This document shows, piece by piece, positions 1-11,659 of a DNA stretch of 64,000 nt. The notes under the pieces were generated by a model that worked only from the letters and a program-made list of their open reading frames with translations, searched no databases and was not told the origin of the DNA. The DNA comes from Eubacteriales bacterium. GTDB lineage: Bacteria; Bacillota; Clostridia; Oscillospirales; JAAYXM01. The stretch covers positions 257,039 through 321,038 of the forward strand of contig JAZQDV010000010.1 in the NCBI GenBank assembly GCA_045546975.1. The letters are read 5' to 3'. The position numbers were made by a program, and so were the translations under genes. Within the stretch, counting starts at the first letter, position 1, and every line of letters starts with the position of its first letter.

Positions 1-37
1 CAGAGCTTGAGGTTTGGCAGAAATCAAACGACAGATA

Positions 38-66
38 TTGACATTTTGTTAATATTTTTGTAAAAT
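38..66 (+). promoter_or_regulatory. sigma-A-type promoter of the purine permease/PRT operon
   Basis: TTGACA (38-43), 17-nt spacer, TAAAAT (61-66). AGGAGG RBS at 84-89 precedes ATG 99. Confidence 0.55.
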
Positions 67-98
67 ACTACTATAAAATACATAGGAGGAAAGTATCT

Positions 99-1451
99 AT
101 GGAAAAGCTTTTTAAGCTCAAAGAACACGGCACTTCGGTAAAAACCGAAATCATTGCAGGTATTACTACATTCCTTGCAATGTCTTACATCCTCGCGGTT
201 AATCCGTCATATTTAGGCGGACTTGAGGGCGCAACTCCCGCAGGTATTTTTATGGCAACGGCACTTTCGGCAGCTATCGCTACTTTCTGCATGGCATTCT
301 TTGCAAACTATCCTGTTGCACTTGCTTCAGGAATGGGTCTTAATGCGTTCTTCGCATTTACCGTTTGCGGAGCAATGGGTTATTCTTACTCAGTAGCTTT
401 AACTGCTATTTTGATTGAGGGTATAATCTTCCTTATCCTTTCTCTCTTCAAGTTCAGAGAAGCTTTGGTCAACAAGATTCCGAAGAACCTCAAGTTCGGT
501 ATCACCGCAGGTATCGGTCTCTTTATCACAATCATCGCTCTTATTAACGCGGGAATCGTTGTTAACAATGATGCGACATTGGTCGGTCTTGGTGATCTTT
601 CTTCTCCGCAGTTTGTTCTTGCATTTGTCGGTCTTTTGATTATTGGTGTTCTCCATCACTTCAAGGTAAAGGGAGACATCCTTATCGGTATTCTTGCAAC
701 ATGGATTCTCGGCATCATTGCAGAGCTCATTGGCTGGTACGTACCGAATGTTGAAGCAGGCGTTTTCTCGGTTATCCCGAACTTCTCATGGGAAGCAATC
801 AAAGGAAACTTTGCTGCTCCGATTCTCTTCAATTTCGACTTCGGATTCATTAAGAATAACCTTATGCCTTTTGCAATCGTAGTGTTCACATTCCTTTACA
901 CTGATATCTTTGATACCGTTGGTACTCTTATCGGTGTTGCTCAGAAGGGTGATCTTCTCGATGAGAAGGGTGAGCTCCCGAGAGCTAAGGGTGCACTTCT
1001 TGCTGACGCTGTCGGTACGGTTGCAGGCGCTTGCCTTGGTACATCAACAGTTACAAGCTATGTTGAGTCATCTGCGGGTGTTGCGGCAGGCGGAAGAACA
1101 GGACTTACCGCTCTTACAACCGGTGTTATGTTCCTTATCGCTATCATCTTTGCTCCGATATTCCTCGCTATCCCGGGCTTTGCAACAACACCGGCTATGA
1201 TCTTTGTAGGTTTGCTTATGCTCAGCGCTATCAAGAATCTTGACTTTGACGGCGATATTGCTGACACAATTGGTGGATTCCTTGCAGTTGTTATGATGCC
1301 GTTTGCATACTCAATTGCAACGGGTATCATGTTCGCTATGATTTCGTGGGTCGTTCTTAAAATACTCATCGGCAAGATTCGCGACATTTCACCTGTAATG
1401 TGGGTATCGGTTGTATTGTTTGCAATTTACATTGCTACACAGGTTATCTAA
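99..1451 (+). CDS. NCS2-family purine (adenine/guanine/hypoxanthine) permease, AzgA/PbuG-like
   Basis: 450 aa, polytopic and hydrophobic. N-terminus MEKLFKLKEHGTSVKTEIIAGITTFLAMSYILAVNP is typical of AzgA/PbuG permeases. Strong RBS. Confidence 0.85.
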   Translation: MEKLFKLKEHGTSVKTEIIAGITTFLAMSYILAVNPSYLGGLEGATPAGIFMATALSAAIATFCMAFFANYPVALASGMGLNAFFAFTVCGAMGYSYSVALTAILIEGIIFLILSLFKFREALVNKIPKNLKFGITAGIGLFITIIALINAGIVVNNDATLVGLGDLSSPQFVLAFVGLLIIGVLHHFKVKGDILIGILATWILGIIAELIGWYVPNVEAGVFSVIPNFSWEAIKGNFAAPILFNFDFGFIKNNLMPFAIVVFTFLYTDIFDTVGTLIGVAQKGDLLDEKGELPRAKGALLADAVGTVAGACLGTSTVTSYVESSAGVAAGGRTGLTALTTGVMFLIAIIFAPIFLAIPGFATTPAMIFVGLLMLSAIKNLDFDGDIADTIGGFLAVVMMPFAYSIATGIMFAMISWVVLKILIGKIRDISPVMWVSVVLFAIYIATQVI

Positions 1452-1487
1452 ACTGATTTTGCAAATTATCTTATCAGAGGGATTAAA

Positions 1488-2048
1488 ATGAGAAAAACAT
1501 ATCGCATTAAAATTGCAGGACTCGAGAGAGAATTGTCTCTTTACAAGGTTGCGGATAACTTATATATCGCGGCATTCATTATGTTCGGGGATGTTGAGAT
1601 TACGAAAGCTTCTGCAAAGGAGCTCCTTGCAAAGGCTCCCGAATATGACATAATAGTGACTGCTGAGTGTAAGAGCATCCCGCTTGTTTATGAGATGGCA
1701 AGGCAGCATGGTGACGATAACTATATCGTTGCGAGAAAAGCCCCGAAGGTATATATGGAAAATGTCATCTGGACAGATGTAAACTCCATTACAACTGCAA
1801 ATTCCCAAAAGCTCTGCCTCGGCGATAATGAAGTAAATGCTATTTGTGGAAAGCGCGTGCTTATAGTGGATGACGTTATCAGTACGGGTGAGTCTCTGGA
1901 AGCGCTCATAAACCTCGTAGAAAAAGCCGGTGGAAACATAGTAGGGAAGATGGCAGTCCTTCTTGAGGGAAATGACCTTAAGGACGATGAAAGTATAACA
2001 TATCTTGAAAATCTTCCTCTCTTCAATGAAGACGGATCAGTTAAATAA
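1488..2048 (+). CDS. type I phosphoribosyltransferase family protein (probable purine salvage PRT)
   Basis: PRPP-binding loop VLIVDDVISTGESL. Lies 36 nt downstream of the purine permease. Substrate cannot be assigned from sequence. Confidence 0.7.
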   Translation: MRKTYRIKIAGLERELSLYKVADNLYIAAFIMFGDVEITKASAKELLAKAPEYDIIVTAECKSIPLVYEMARQHGDDNYIVARKAPKVYMENVIWTDVNSITTANSQKLCLGDNEVNAICGKRVLIVDDVISTGESLEALINLVEKAGGNIVGKMAVLLEGNDLKDDESITYLENLPLFNEDGSVK

Positions 2049-2059
2049 CAATTCCTGAA

Positions 2060-2100
2060 AAACGACCTTGTTCAAATAGAACAAGGTCGTTTCGCTTTTT
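2060..2100 (+). terminator. rho-independent terminator after the PRT gene
   Basis: Stem acgaccttgttc/gaacaaggtcgt (2062-2073/2079-2090) followed by ttcgcttttt. Confidence 0.7.
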
Positions 2101-2103
2101 AGA

Positions 2104-2140
2104 ATAAAAAAAGAACGGTTTCAAGCGAAACCGTTCTTTC
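2104..2140 (-). terminator. rho-independent terminator after groEL
   Basis: Stem aagaacggtttc/gaaaccgttctt (2111-2122/2127-2138). The A-run at 2106-2112 is a U-tract on the minus strand. Confidence 0.7.
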
Positions 2141-2153
2141 ACTATATTGTCTA

Positions 2154-3791
<1,638 letters not shown>

Positions 3792-3816
3792 TTATAAAAC
3801 CGTCCTTTACTTAAAA

Positions 3817-4153
<337 letters not shown>

Positions 4154-4165
4154 TCGTTTTATATT

Positions 4166-4194
4166 ATAATAATGTAAATAGGAATTTTTTGCAA
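4166..4194 (-). promoter_or_regulatory. sigma-A-type promoter of groES-groEL
   Basis: On the minus strand: TTGCAA (4194-4189), 17-nt spacer, TATTAT (4171-4166), immediately upstream of CIRCE. Confidence 0.65.
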
Positions 4195-4217
4195 ATCAAA
4201 AAATGGATAAATTCGCG

Positions 4218-4267
4218 AAATTAAAAGAGTAATCGGTGAATTTTGAAAGCCAAAACGCCGATTACTC
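4218..4267 (-). terminator. probable terminator after the RNA methyltransferase gene
   Basis: 10-bp stem gagtaatcgg/ccgattactc (4227-4236/4258-4267) with a large loop. The minus strand continues TTTTAATTT. Confidence 0.4.
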
Positions 4268-4329
4268 ATAAATTCTCTTGAAATCTCTTAAAATCTCGCA
4301 AATGCTAACTTTTCATAGTTTTTTAATAA

Positions 4330-5442
4330 TTAAAAGTACATGAACATTTCGCATTTTATCATACCGTTGTACAATTTACGCTTTTTTACGGCTTTTTTTC
4401 CGTAAAAATGCTCAAATTCGGGATGCGAGGTGATGATGTATGAGTTAAAGTCAGAAAGAGAGTTCATCGCTTTTCCGAAGTCACGATAGAGTCGTTCTGC
4501 ATCGCGGAGTTCCATAAGCCTCTCGCCGTAAGGTGGGTTTGTTACGCAAATACCGCCATTTTCTGCAGGGGAGAAGCGCCTTGCATCAGAAACCTCAAAC
4601 GTGATGTATTTATCAACACCTGCTTTCCTTGCGTTTGATTTTGCAAGTGCTATTGCCTCGGGGTCAGTATCTCCGCCCCAAAGCTTAAAATCACGCGAAA
4701 ACATTTTCTCTTTCGCAGTCTCGCGGTGAGACTGCCAATCCGATGCTTTTGAAATGCTCCATTTTTCTGCTGCAAAGCGTCGGAGTAATCCGGGTGCTCT
4801 ATTTTCTGCAATCATCGCGGCTTCTATCAATATGGTACCGGAGCCGCAGAAAGGATCGCAGAAGAATTCGCGTCCGCGGTATTTTGAAATCTGGACCATT
4901 GCCGCGGCAAGTGTTTCGCGAAGTGGTGCTACACCTGATATGGCACGGTAACCGCGCTTGTGTAAGCCGGTACCCGACGTATCGATATATAATGTTGCAA
5001 CGTCACGCATAAGAGAAAACTGTATCTGATACTTTGCGCCTGTCTCTTCAAACCAACTTACGTGGTATTTTGATTTAAGACGCTCTACAACAGCTTTTTT
5101 TATAATACTCTGACAGTCGGGTACTGAGAATAGCGCAGAATTCAAACTGTGTCCCTTGACAGGGAATTCGCCATCCTTCGGGATAAATCTTTCCCAAGGG
5201 AGGCTTTTAACACCGTCAAAAAGCTCGGTAAAAGTTTTCGCGCGGAAAGACCCGACAACGAGAAGTACGCGCTCGCCGGTACGGAGCCAGATATTTGCAA
5301 GAGCCATATCGGACAATGTGCCGGAAAACATAACACGGCCGTTTTCGGCTGTAACATTTTCGAGGTTAAGTCTCGTAAGTTCTTTTGCTGCGATGCCCTC
5401 AAGCCCGAAAAGGGTAGGGACGCAAAAAGTGAATTTATCCAT
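4330..5442 (-). CDS. THUMP-domain class I SAM-dependent RNA methyltransferase (YpsC/RlmL-like)
   Basis: 370 aa. SAM motif I DPFCGSGT and catalytic NPPYGERL, with a THUMP-like N-terminal half. Confidence 0.8.
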   Translation of the reverse strand: MDKFTFCVPTLFGLEGIAAKELTRLNLENVTAENGRVMFSGTLSDMALANIWLRTGERVLLVVGSFRAKTFTELFDGVKSLPWERFIPKDGEFPVKGHSLNSALFSVPDCQSIIKKAVVERLKSKYHVSWFEETGAKYQIQFSLMRDVATLYIDTSGTGLHKRGYRAISGVAPLRETLAAAMVQISKYRGREFFCDPFCGSGTILIEAAMIAENRAPGLLRRFAAEKWSISKASDWQSHRETAKEKMFSRDFKLWGGDTDPEAIALAKSNARKAGVDKYITFEVSDARRFSPAENGGICVTNPPYGERLMELRDAERLYRDFGKAMNSLSDFNSYIITSHPEFEHFYGKKAVKKRKLYNGMIKCEMFMYF

Positions 5443-5458
5443 AAATTACTCCGGAAGT

Positions 5459-7909
5459 CTACTCAGGAGAAACTTCTCCTTGTTGTGTTGGGTTAAGCCA
5501 ATCTGGTGTGCCCTCGGGGACAACACTTTCTTCAGGTGGAACCTCATCCTGTATCTCGTTTGGGTCTTCCTCTTCAGGAATGAAGGGGTTATAGCTGTGA
5601 GATGTGCATACTGAGTTCATCGGTGTTGCAGTTCCTGTCTCAAAATAATGTTCACCCTCGGACGGCATCCAGTCGCGGAAGGTATACTGCTCGTCGGCGA
5701 GCACAACACCGGGGAGAGCAAATGCGCGTTGCAGACGCATGAGAGCAACTGTCTTACGGCTGTCGTAAGGACAGAAGTCAGAGGCTATCATGTTCGTCGA
5801 AGTATCAATATCGATGCTCTCGTGTATATCGCAGGATTTTTTCGGTACATCATCCTTGTGGAAATAGCCTGCGACTATCTGCGAACCGCGTGGGTCGAGT
5901 GCGCAATGCTCTGTCGGGAGAAGTCCGCTTCTTGAACAAACGTTGACAGTTTCAAATCCACTGACTGATTCAAAGTTTTTAACAGGCAAGTCCTTGTGTG
6001 CCGCGTTCATAACGCGCTTCCAGGTAGTAAGTGCAGGAGAGAGTGATTTGGAGATATATTTTGGTGAGTCATACCCAAACCACGCTGCACCGACATAATA
6101 GGGAGTATATCCCACAAACCAACGATCTTCGTCGTTGTTTGAAGTACCCGTTTTTGCAGCGGCAGGCATACCGCGGTCAAGCTTTGCGTATGTTCCGGTA
6201 CCTGAATCGACAACGTTTTTGAGCATGTGAGTCATATATGCTGCGGTTTTTTCGCTCATTGCCTCAGAGGATTTTGTTTCCTTTTCAATGATAACGTTTC
6301 CGTCGCTGTCAAGAACCTTCGTGTAGGTCTTTGGCTCAAAATATGTTCCGCCGTTTGCAAACGGGACATAAGCTGCAGCCATTTCAAGCACGGTAATACC
6401 GTTTGTGAGCTGACCGAGCGACAACGGCGCGAGGTTCTGGTCTCCTGCCTTTGAAAGGGAGGTAACTCCGAGGTTTACAGTCAGGAAGTTGTAGGAACGC
6501 TCAATTGTGAGTTTTTCAAGCGTTCTCATTGAAACGGTGTTTATTGACTGTTTTACAGCTTCGTTTATATTTGTTCTGCCTGAATATGAACGAGTTTCGT
6601 TTTTTGGGTATTCGCTGTTGTTGAGTACAGTTATAGGAGCGTCGTCTTCAACAGAATACGGAGTAATCAGGCCGTACTCAATAGCGGGTGCATAAACGGA
6701 AATTGGTTTGATAGAAGAGCCGGGAGGACGCTTGGTCTGCGTTGCACGGTTAAGTATTCGTGCACCGGCTTTCTGTCCTCTGCCACCGCGCATTGCAAGG
6801 ATGTTTCCGTTTTCCGGGTCAAGCATAATCATAGCGCATTCGGGCTGTACCTTGCCACTATATGACGGGAAGTAACTGTTATTTTCAAATGCATCGTCCA
6901 TAGCAGCCTGGATTTCGGGGTTTACAGTTGCGTATATCTTAAGTCCGCCTGAATATATCATACGGAGAGCAACAGCTTCTGTATATCCGCGTTCATTTAC
7001 AAGGTCATCTACAAGGTCCTCGATAATCTGGTCAACAAAATATGACTGTACATTTGCAGACGGATTATCCTTTGATGTTCTGTCAAAGACAACATCTTCG
7101 TTCTTTGCTGCCTCATATTCCTCTTTTGAAAGCATTTTGAGGTCGTACATACGATTTATAATATTGAGCCGGCGTGTTTTGTTGTTTTCCGGGTTGATAT
7201 AGGGGTTGTAGTATGTCGGGAGGTTTGTAATTCCGACGATTGATGCAGACTCCGCGACGGTAAGCTCAGAAACGTCCTTGCCGAAATACTTCTGTGCCGC
7301 AGTGCCAACACCGTAGCAACCTTCACCGAGGTAAATTGTGTTGAGATACATTTCAAGGATGGTATCTTTGTCATAATGGCGTTCAAGATAAAGAGCTCGC
7401 ATGATTTCCTGAAGCTTACGCTTAACGGAATCCTGGTTATCGCCCGTAAGGTTTTTTACGAGCTGCTGAGTGATGGTAGAGGCGCCGAACTCACTCTTCA
7501 TCTTGAAAAACATATTTACACTTGCCTTAAAGGTTCTTGTCCAGTCAACACCGCTATGCTTCATAAAACGGTGATCCTCGATGGCTATTGTCGCGTTTTT
7601 CAAGTGCTCCGGCATATCTTCAAGGTCCACCCAGGTGCGGTTCTGAGAATCGTAAAGACGCTCAAACTCATGCTCGTTTCCATCTTCATCTACAGAATAC
7701 ACGATAGAGGAATAGTTAAGGCGCATAGCCTCAAGCTCGATATCGATTTTTGAATCGAGCGAGAGCATATAGACAAGTAAGACAGCAAAGCATATAGCAA
7801 AGGTTGCTGCAATGATATGTAGTCCTGCACGGATGAAAAACCACTGCGGTGTGGAAAAGAAAGGGTGCTTCTTCTTTTTTGAACCGGTTGATTTTTTATT
7901 TATATCCAA
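5459..7909 (-). CDS. penicillin-binding protein 1A (bifunctional glycosyltransferase/transpeptidase)
   Basis: GT51 motif EDHRFMKHSGVD, transpeptidase SxxK (GSSIKP) and KTGT. Preferred start is TTG 7909, with a GGAGG 7 nt upstream and an extended -10 TGGTATAAT at 7952-7944. ATG 7933 is an alternative. The track start at 8119 overlaps ylmC and is rejected. Confidence 0.9.
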   Translation of the reverse strand: MDINKKSTGSKKKKHPFFSTPQWFFIRAGLHIIAATFAICFAVLLVYMLSLDSKIDIELEAMRLNYSSIVYSVDEDGNEHEFERLYDSQNRTWVDLEDMPEHLKNATIAIEDHRFMKHSGVDWTRTFKASVNMFFKMKSEFGASTITQQLVKNLTGDNQDSVKRKLQEIMRALYLERHYDKDTILEMYLNTIYLGEGCYGVGTAAQKYFGKDVSELTVAESASIVGITNLPTYYNPYINPENNKTRRLNIINRMYDLKMLSKEEYEAAKNEDVVFDRTSKDNPSANVQSYFVDQIIEDLVDDLVNERGYTEAVALRMIYSGGLKIYATVNPEIQAAMDDAFENNSYFPSYSGKVQPECAMIMLDPENGNILAMRGGRGQKAGARILNRATQTKRPPGSSIKPISVYAPAIEYGLITPYSVEDDAPITVLNNSEYPKNETRSYSGRTNINEAVKQSINTVSMRTLEKLTIERSYNFLTVNLGVTSLSKAGDQNLAPLSLGQLTNGITVLEMAAAYVPFANGGTYFEPKTYTKVLDSDGNVIIEKETKSSEAMSEKTAAYMTHMLKNVVDSGTGTYAKLDRGMPAAAKTGTSNNDEDRWFVGYTPYYVGAAWFGYDSPKYISKSLSPALTTWKRVMNAAHKDLPVKNFESVSGFETVNVCSRSGLLPTEHCALDPRGSQIVAGYFHKDDVPKKSCDIHESIDIDTSTNMIASDFCPYDSRKTVALMRLQRAFALPGVVLADEQYTFRDWMPSEGEHYFETGTATPMNSVCTSHSYNPFIPEEEDPNEIQDEVPPEESVVPEGTPDWLNPTQQGEVSPE

Positions 7910-8006
7910 AATAACACCTCCAAGTGAAAGCATACTACTATACATTATACCATAAAATTTAAAAAAAGCTATAAAAATTGCAATATAAATATAGGGAGAG
8001 GATTTT

Positions 8007-8291
8007 GTGAAAAACAGAATAACAGAGATAAGCTGCAAGGAAGTGATAAACGTTTGCGACGGGACAAGATACGGGTATGTAAACGATGTTGAGATAGACT
8101 GTGCGTGCGGAAGGGTCATATCTCTTATTATTCACGGCGGAGGTTTCGGAGGACTCTTCTCAAAAAATGAGGACATAATAATCCCGTGGGAGGCAATAAA
8201 GCAGATAGGAGAGGACATAATTCTCGTTGATTTTGTGTATGAACCGCCTTGCAGAAGACAAAAAATAAGAATTTTCTCCAAAAAAATATAA
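8007..8291 (+). CDS. ylmC: YlmC/YmxH-family sporulation protein (PRC-barrel)
   Basis: 94 aa. ITEISCKEVINVCDGTRYGYVNDVEIDCACGRVISLII is typical of YlmC/YmxH. GTG start with a GGGAGAGG RBS. Confidence 0.8.
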   Translation: MKNRITEISCKEVINVCDGTRYGYVNDVEIDCACGRVISLIIHGGGFGGLFSKNEDIIIPWEAIKQIGEDIILVDFVYEPPCRRQKIRIFSKKI

Positions 8292-8439
8292 ATAATAGAA
8301 AAAAGACTTGCAAAAGAGGAAATAATATGATAGTATAATTCGGTAAAAAACTCACATGCCGTGACTTTCACGCTGCTGTGTCGAAAGATGGCGGGTAAGA
8401 ATGATCGGTGTGGCGGTTAAAACAGAAGGAGGACAAAAA

Positions 8440-9189
8440 ATGTCACAGGTAATCTCAATGAAGCAACTTCTTGAAGCAGGTGTTCACTTCGGACATCAGA
8501 CAAGACGTTGGAACCCCAAAATGGCTCCGTACATCTTCACGGAGCGTAACGGTATCTACATCATCGACTTGCAGAAGACCGTTAAGAAGCTCGAAGAGGC
8601 ATATTTCTTTGCACGCGATATCGCAGCACAGGGTAAGAGCATTCTCTTCGTAGGTACAAAGAAGCAGGCTCAGGAAGCAATCAAGGAAGAGGCAGAGCGC
8701 GTAGGTATGTACTATGTAAACGCTCGTTGGCTCGGCGGTATGCTTACAAACTTCAAGACAATGCGCCGTCGTATCGACCGCCTCAATCAGCTTAAGAAAA
8801 TGGAAGCTGACGGTACTTTCGACCTTCTCCTCAAGAAGGAAGTTATTAAGCTCCAGGCAGAAATTGCAAAGCTTGAGAAGTATCTCGGCGGTGTTAAGGA
8901 AATGAACAAGCTTCCGGGTGCAATGTTTATTGTTGACCCGCGCAAGGAGCGTAACGCTATTGCAGAAGCTCGCAGACTCGGTATTCCGGTAATCGCTATC
9001 GTTGATACAAACTGCGATCCTGAAGAAGTTGACTATGTAATTCCGGGTAACGATGACGCTATCCGTGCAGTTAAGCTTATTTCTCAGACAATCGCAAACG
9101 CTGTTGTTGAAGCTCGTCAGGGCGAGCAGAGCGCAGAGGTTGCTGAGACTGCAGAAGTAGCAGAAGAAGCTGCTGCAGAGCAGGAATAA
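8440..9189 (+). CDS. rpsB: 30S ribosomal protein S2
   Basis: [37 protein letters not shown] before ATG 8440. Confidence 0.97.
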   Translation: MSQVISMKQLLEAGVHFGHQTRRWNPKMAPYIFTERNGIYIIDLQKTVKKLEEAYFFARDIAAQGKSILFVGTKKQAQEAIKEEAERVGMYYVNARWLGGMLTNFKTMRRRIDRLNQLKKMEADGTFDLLLKKEVIKLQAEIAKLEKYLGGVKEMNKLPGAMFIVDPRKERNAIAEARRLGIPVIAIVDTNCDPEEVDYVIPGNDDAIRAVKLISQTIANAVVEARQGEQSAEVAETAEVAEEAAAEQE

Positions 9190-9219
9190 TTAAAATATAA
9201 CTAAGGAGAGTGTTACATT

Positions 9220-10131
9220 ATGGCTTTTACAGCTGCTGATGTTAAGGCGCTTCGTGAGTCTACGGGCGCAGGCATGATGGATTGCAAGAACGCACTTGCA
9301 AGTTCTGACGGTGATATGGAAAAAGCACTTGAATTCCTCCGCGAGAAGGGTCTTGCTGCTGCTGCAAAGAAGGCGGGTCGTATCGCTGCTGAGGGTATGG
9401 TTTACGCAACAGCTACTGCTGACGCAGGCGTTGTTGTTGAAATTAACAGTGAGACAGACTTCGTTGCAAAGAATGCAGACTTCCAGAAGTTTGCAGCTGA
9501 CGTTGCAGAGACAATTCTTGCTTCAAAGCCGGCAGACGTTGATGCTCTTATGGCATGCAAGTGCGCAGGCTCTGATATGGATGTTGCTGCAGCTCTTCAG
9601 GATAAGATTCTCACAATCGGCGAGAACATCAAGATTCGTCGTTTCGAGACATTCGTTGGTGGAGTAAACGTTCCTTACATGCACATGGGCGGTAAGATCG
9701 GTGTTCTTATCAACCTCGAAGTTTCTGACAATATCAAGGGTTCAGAAGCTGTTTCTGAGCTCGGTCGCGACCTTGCAATGCAGATTGCTGCTATGAGCCC
9801 GTCATGGCTTACAAGTGCAGAGGTTCCGGCAGACATCCTCGAGAAGGAAAAGGAAATCCTTACAGCACAGGCTATGAACGAAGGCAAGCCCCAGCAGGTT
9901 GCTGAGAAGATGGTTATGGGTAGAATCAAGAAGTTCTACGCTGAGAACTGCTTGCTCGAACAGGCTTATGTAAAGGAAGACAAGATTTCTGTTACACAGC
10001 ACGTTGCAAACGTTGCAAAGGAACTTGGTGGCGAAATCAAGGTTATAAAGTTCGTTCGTTTTGAAAAGGGCGATGGCCTTGAGAAGCGTGAAGACAACTT
10101 TGCAGAAGAAGTTGCAAGCATGATGAAGTAA
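9220..10131 (+). CDS. tsf: translation elongation factor Ts
   Basis: MAFTAADVKALRESTGAGMMDCKNAL. Directly downstream of rpsB. Confidence 0.97.
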   Translation: MAFTAADVKALRESTGAGMMDCKNALASSDGDMEKALEFLREKGLAAAAKKAGRIAAEGMVYATATADAGVVVEINSETDFVAKNADFQKFAADVAETILASKPADVDALMACKCAGSDMDVAAALQDKILTIGENIKIRRFETFVGGVNVPYMHMGGKIGVLINLEVSDNIKGSEAVSELGRDLAMQIAAMSPSWLTSAEVPADILEKEKEILTAQAMNEGKPQQVAEKMVMGRIKKFYAENCLLEQAYVKEDKISVTQHVANVAKELGGEIKVIKFVRFEKGDGLEKREDNFAEEVASMMK

Positions 10132-10144
10132 AATTCATAAAATT

Positions 10145-10182
10145 ACGGCGCACAACATTTTTGTTGTGCGCCGTTTTTTTTT
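10145..10182. terminator. terminator after tsf, shared with the convergent small gene
   Basis: Stem acggcgcacaac/gttgtgcgccgt followed by T8. Confidence 0.8.
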
Positions 10183-10185
10183 CAA

Positions 10186-10398
10186 TTACTGTATTGAAAA
10201 ATCTTTTTCCGAAAAAGCATTTATATTGAGAGTGGGCTCTTCTGGTGGGATGCGCTTTGTGGCATCATATACAAAATGTCGGCATTTGTATCCGAGGGAA
10301 ACTATTCCGTGATGCGAACAAATAGCCTCATTGTCGTTGATTTTTTTTGAGTACTGACAGAGCTCGCAGCGTTTTTCAATTTTTTTAGAAAAGAGCAT
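10186..10398 (-). CDS. small Cys/His-rich hypothetical protein (possible zinc ribbon)
   Basis: 70 aa. CELC...CSHH...C pattern. GGAGG RBS 7 nt upstream of the ATG. Lies 36 nt downstream of ylbJ on the same strand. Confidence 0.6.
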   Translation of the reverse strand: MLFSKKIEKRCELCQYSKKINDNEAICSHHGIVSLGYKCRHFVYDATKRIPPEEPTLNINAFSEKDFSIQ

Positions 10399-10434
10399 AT
10401 CAAAGCCTCCTAAAAGTTCTGCTCTTATAATACA

Positions 10435-11562
10435 CTAAATTTTTTCGTTTTTCCACCCTTTTTTGCAAAAAATATAAATAATTCCGAGCAATAAAGGAAA
10501 ACTCAGGAAAATAGACGGTTGGGTATAAGACGTGAATTTTTCCGAAAAAGTATTTACTGCGCACGGTGAAAAATCTATGGTGTGTGATATTAAAAGAGCA
10601 AAAATCACAGAGAAAAGACTTTGTAAGAGTTTGCCGATAAAGTATTCTTTTGTGCTGAGGTTTTGTTTTGAAATGAAGTTCATAGTCTGGGCGTGAACAG
10701 ATATCCCGCCAAAAGAAATGAGGGCAGCAGAGAGCGCAAAAATAACTGTAAAGTTATCAGACTTAACAAGTGCCTCAACTCCGCATGTCATCTCGAAAAT
10801 ACCCGTTATAAAGGCTTTTGAGGAAGTTAAATCGAGTTTGCAGAGTTTGGATGCTATAACGGAGACGAAAGTCAGTATTTTCATCTCAGAAAGAATGGAA
10901 ACAAGAACGGAAAAGAAGACGATATAAGCCGAGACTGAGAGAATTGCCTGAGTCGATGAGGAAATAGCATCTGTAAAAGCAAATGAGAAGCTCGGGATTC
11001 TTTCACGGGCAAATTCTCCGTTTGAGTAATGTTCCGATATCGGTGAAAAGACGCGAAAAGAGATACCGACAAAGAATGCTGAGAGAATATGTATGAGAAA
11101 TAACATCAGCCCGGCTTTTACATTGCCCAAAAGTCCGATCCCTACAGCGCCCACGATAAAAGCGGGGCCGGTATTGTTGCAAAAGGCAAGAGCACGCTCG
11201 GCTTCCTGTTTTGTGCAAAGCTTCTTCGAATATAGTTCTGCTACCGTTACGGCACCCGTCGGATATCCACCGCAGAAGCCAATGATAAATGCTGCGGAAA
11301 GGTTTCCGTTCACCGAAAAGAAAAACGGCATAATTTTTGCAAAAAGCTTACAGAAAATATCTGAAAGGCGCAGGGACGTAAAAAGCTTTGAAAAAACAAA
11401 GAAAGGAAAGAGCGACGGGATGACTGTACCTGCACAAAGAAGTAATGCGGATTTTGCAGACGCGGCGGCATTTTTGGGGAACAAAAGTAAACCTATAAGG
11501 GAGAAAATAATAAAAAATGAAATCGTTATGTAGGAGAAACTTCGTCTTTTCAAAAAAACCAC
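10435..11562 (-). CDS. ylbJ: sporulation integral membrane protein YlbJ (nucleoside-recognition-like)
   Basis: 375 aa with about 10 hydrophobic segments. Family call is from overall resemblance only. Confidence 0.65.
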   Translation of the reverse strand: MVFLKRRSFSYITISFFIIFSLIGLLLFPKNAAASAKSALLLCAGTVIPSLFPFFVFSKLFTSLRLSDIFCKLFAKIMPFFFSVNGNLSAAFIIGFCGGYPTGAVTVAELYSKKLCTKQEAERALAFCNNTGPAFIVGAVGIGLLGNVKAGLMLFLIHILSAFFVGISFRVFSPISEHYSNGEFARERIPSFSFAFTDAISSSTQAILSVSAYIVFFSVLVSILSEMKILTFVSVIASKLCKLDLTSSKAFITGIFEMTCGVEALVKSDNFTVIFALSAALISFGGISVHAQTMNFISKQNLSTKEYFIGKLLQSLFSVIFALLISHTIDFSPCAVNTFSEKFTSYTQPSIFLSFPLLLGIIYIFCKKGWKNEKI

Positions 11563-11659
11563 TTCTTTATAAATAAAAATTAAAAATTATCATTTTATTT
11601 CGTCATATTTCGTGATATAATATTAATGGAAAGTTTTGTGTTCAAAAAACGGAGAGTCT

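Noticed and set aside
1-98. Purine riboswitch or PurR box upstream of the purine permease/PRT operon.
   Set aside because: The -10 element ends at 66 and the ATG is at 99, so the leader is only about 25 nt, too short for a riboswitch. No convincing PurBox (AWWWCCGAACWWT) is present.
7910-8119. Long N-terminal extension of the PBP1A ORF overlapping ylmC. Similar 5' extensions occur in the track ORFs for uvrC (19003), the aminotransferase (37035), the TIM-barrel gene (42077), nrdR (42990), lepB (47640) and groES (4143).
   Set aside because: The extensions overlap neighbouring genes, terminators or the CIRCE operator and lack RBSs. Downstream starts have good SD sequences and give canonical N-termini.
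8292-8439. Structured autoregulatory leader upstream of rpsB.
   Set aside because: I could not identify a convincing promoter spacing or a stable conserved fold by eye. The evidence is insufficient.
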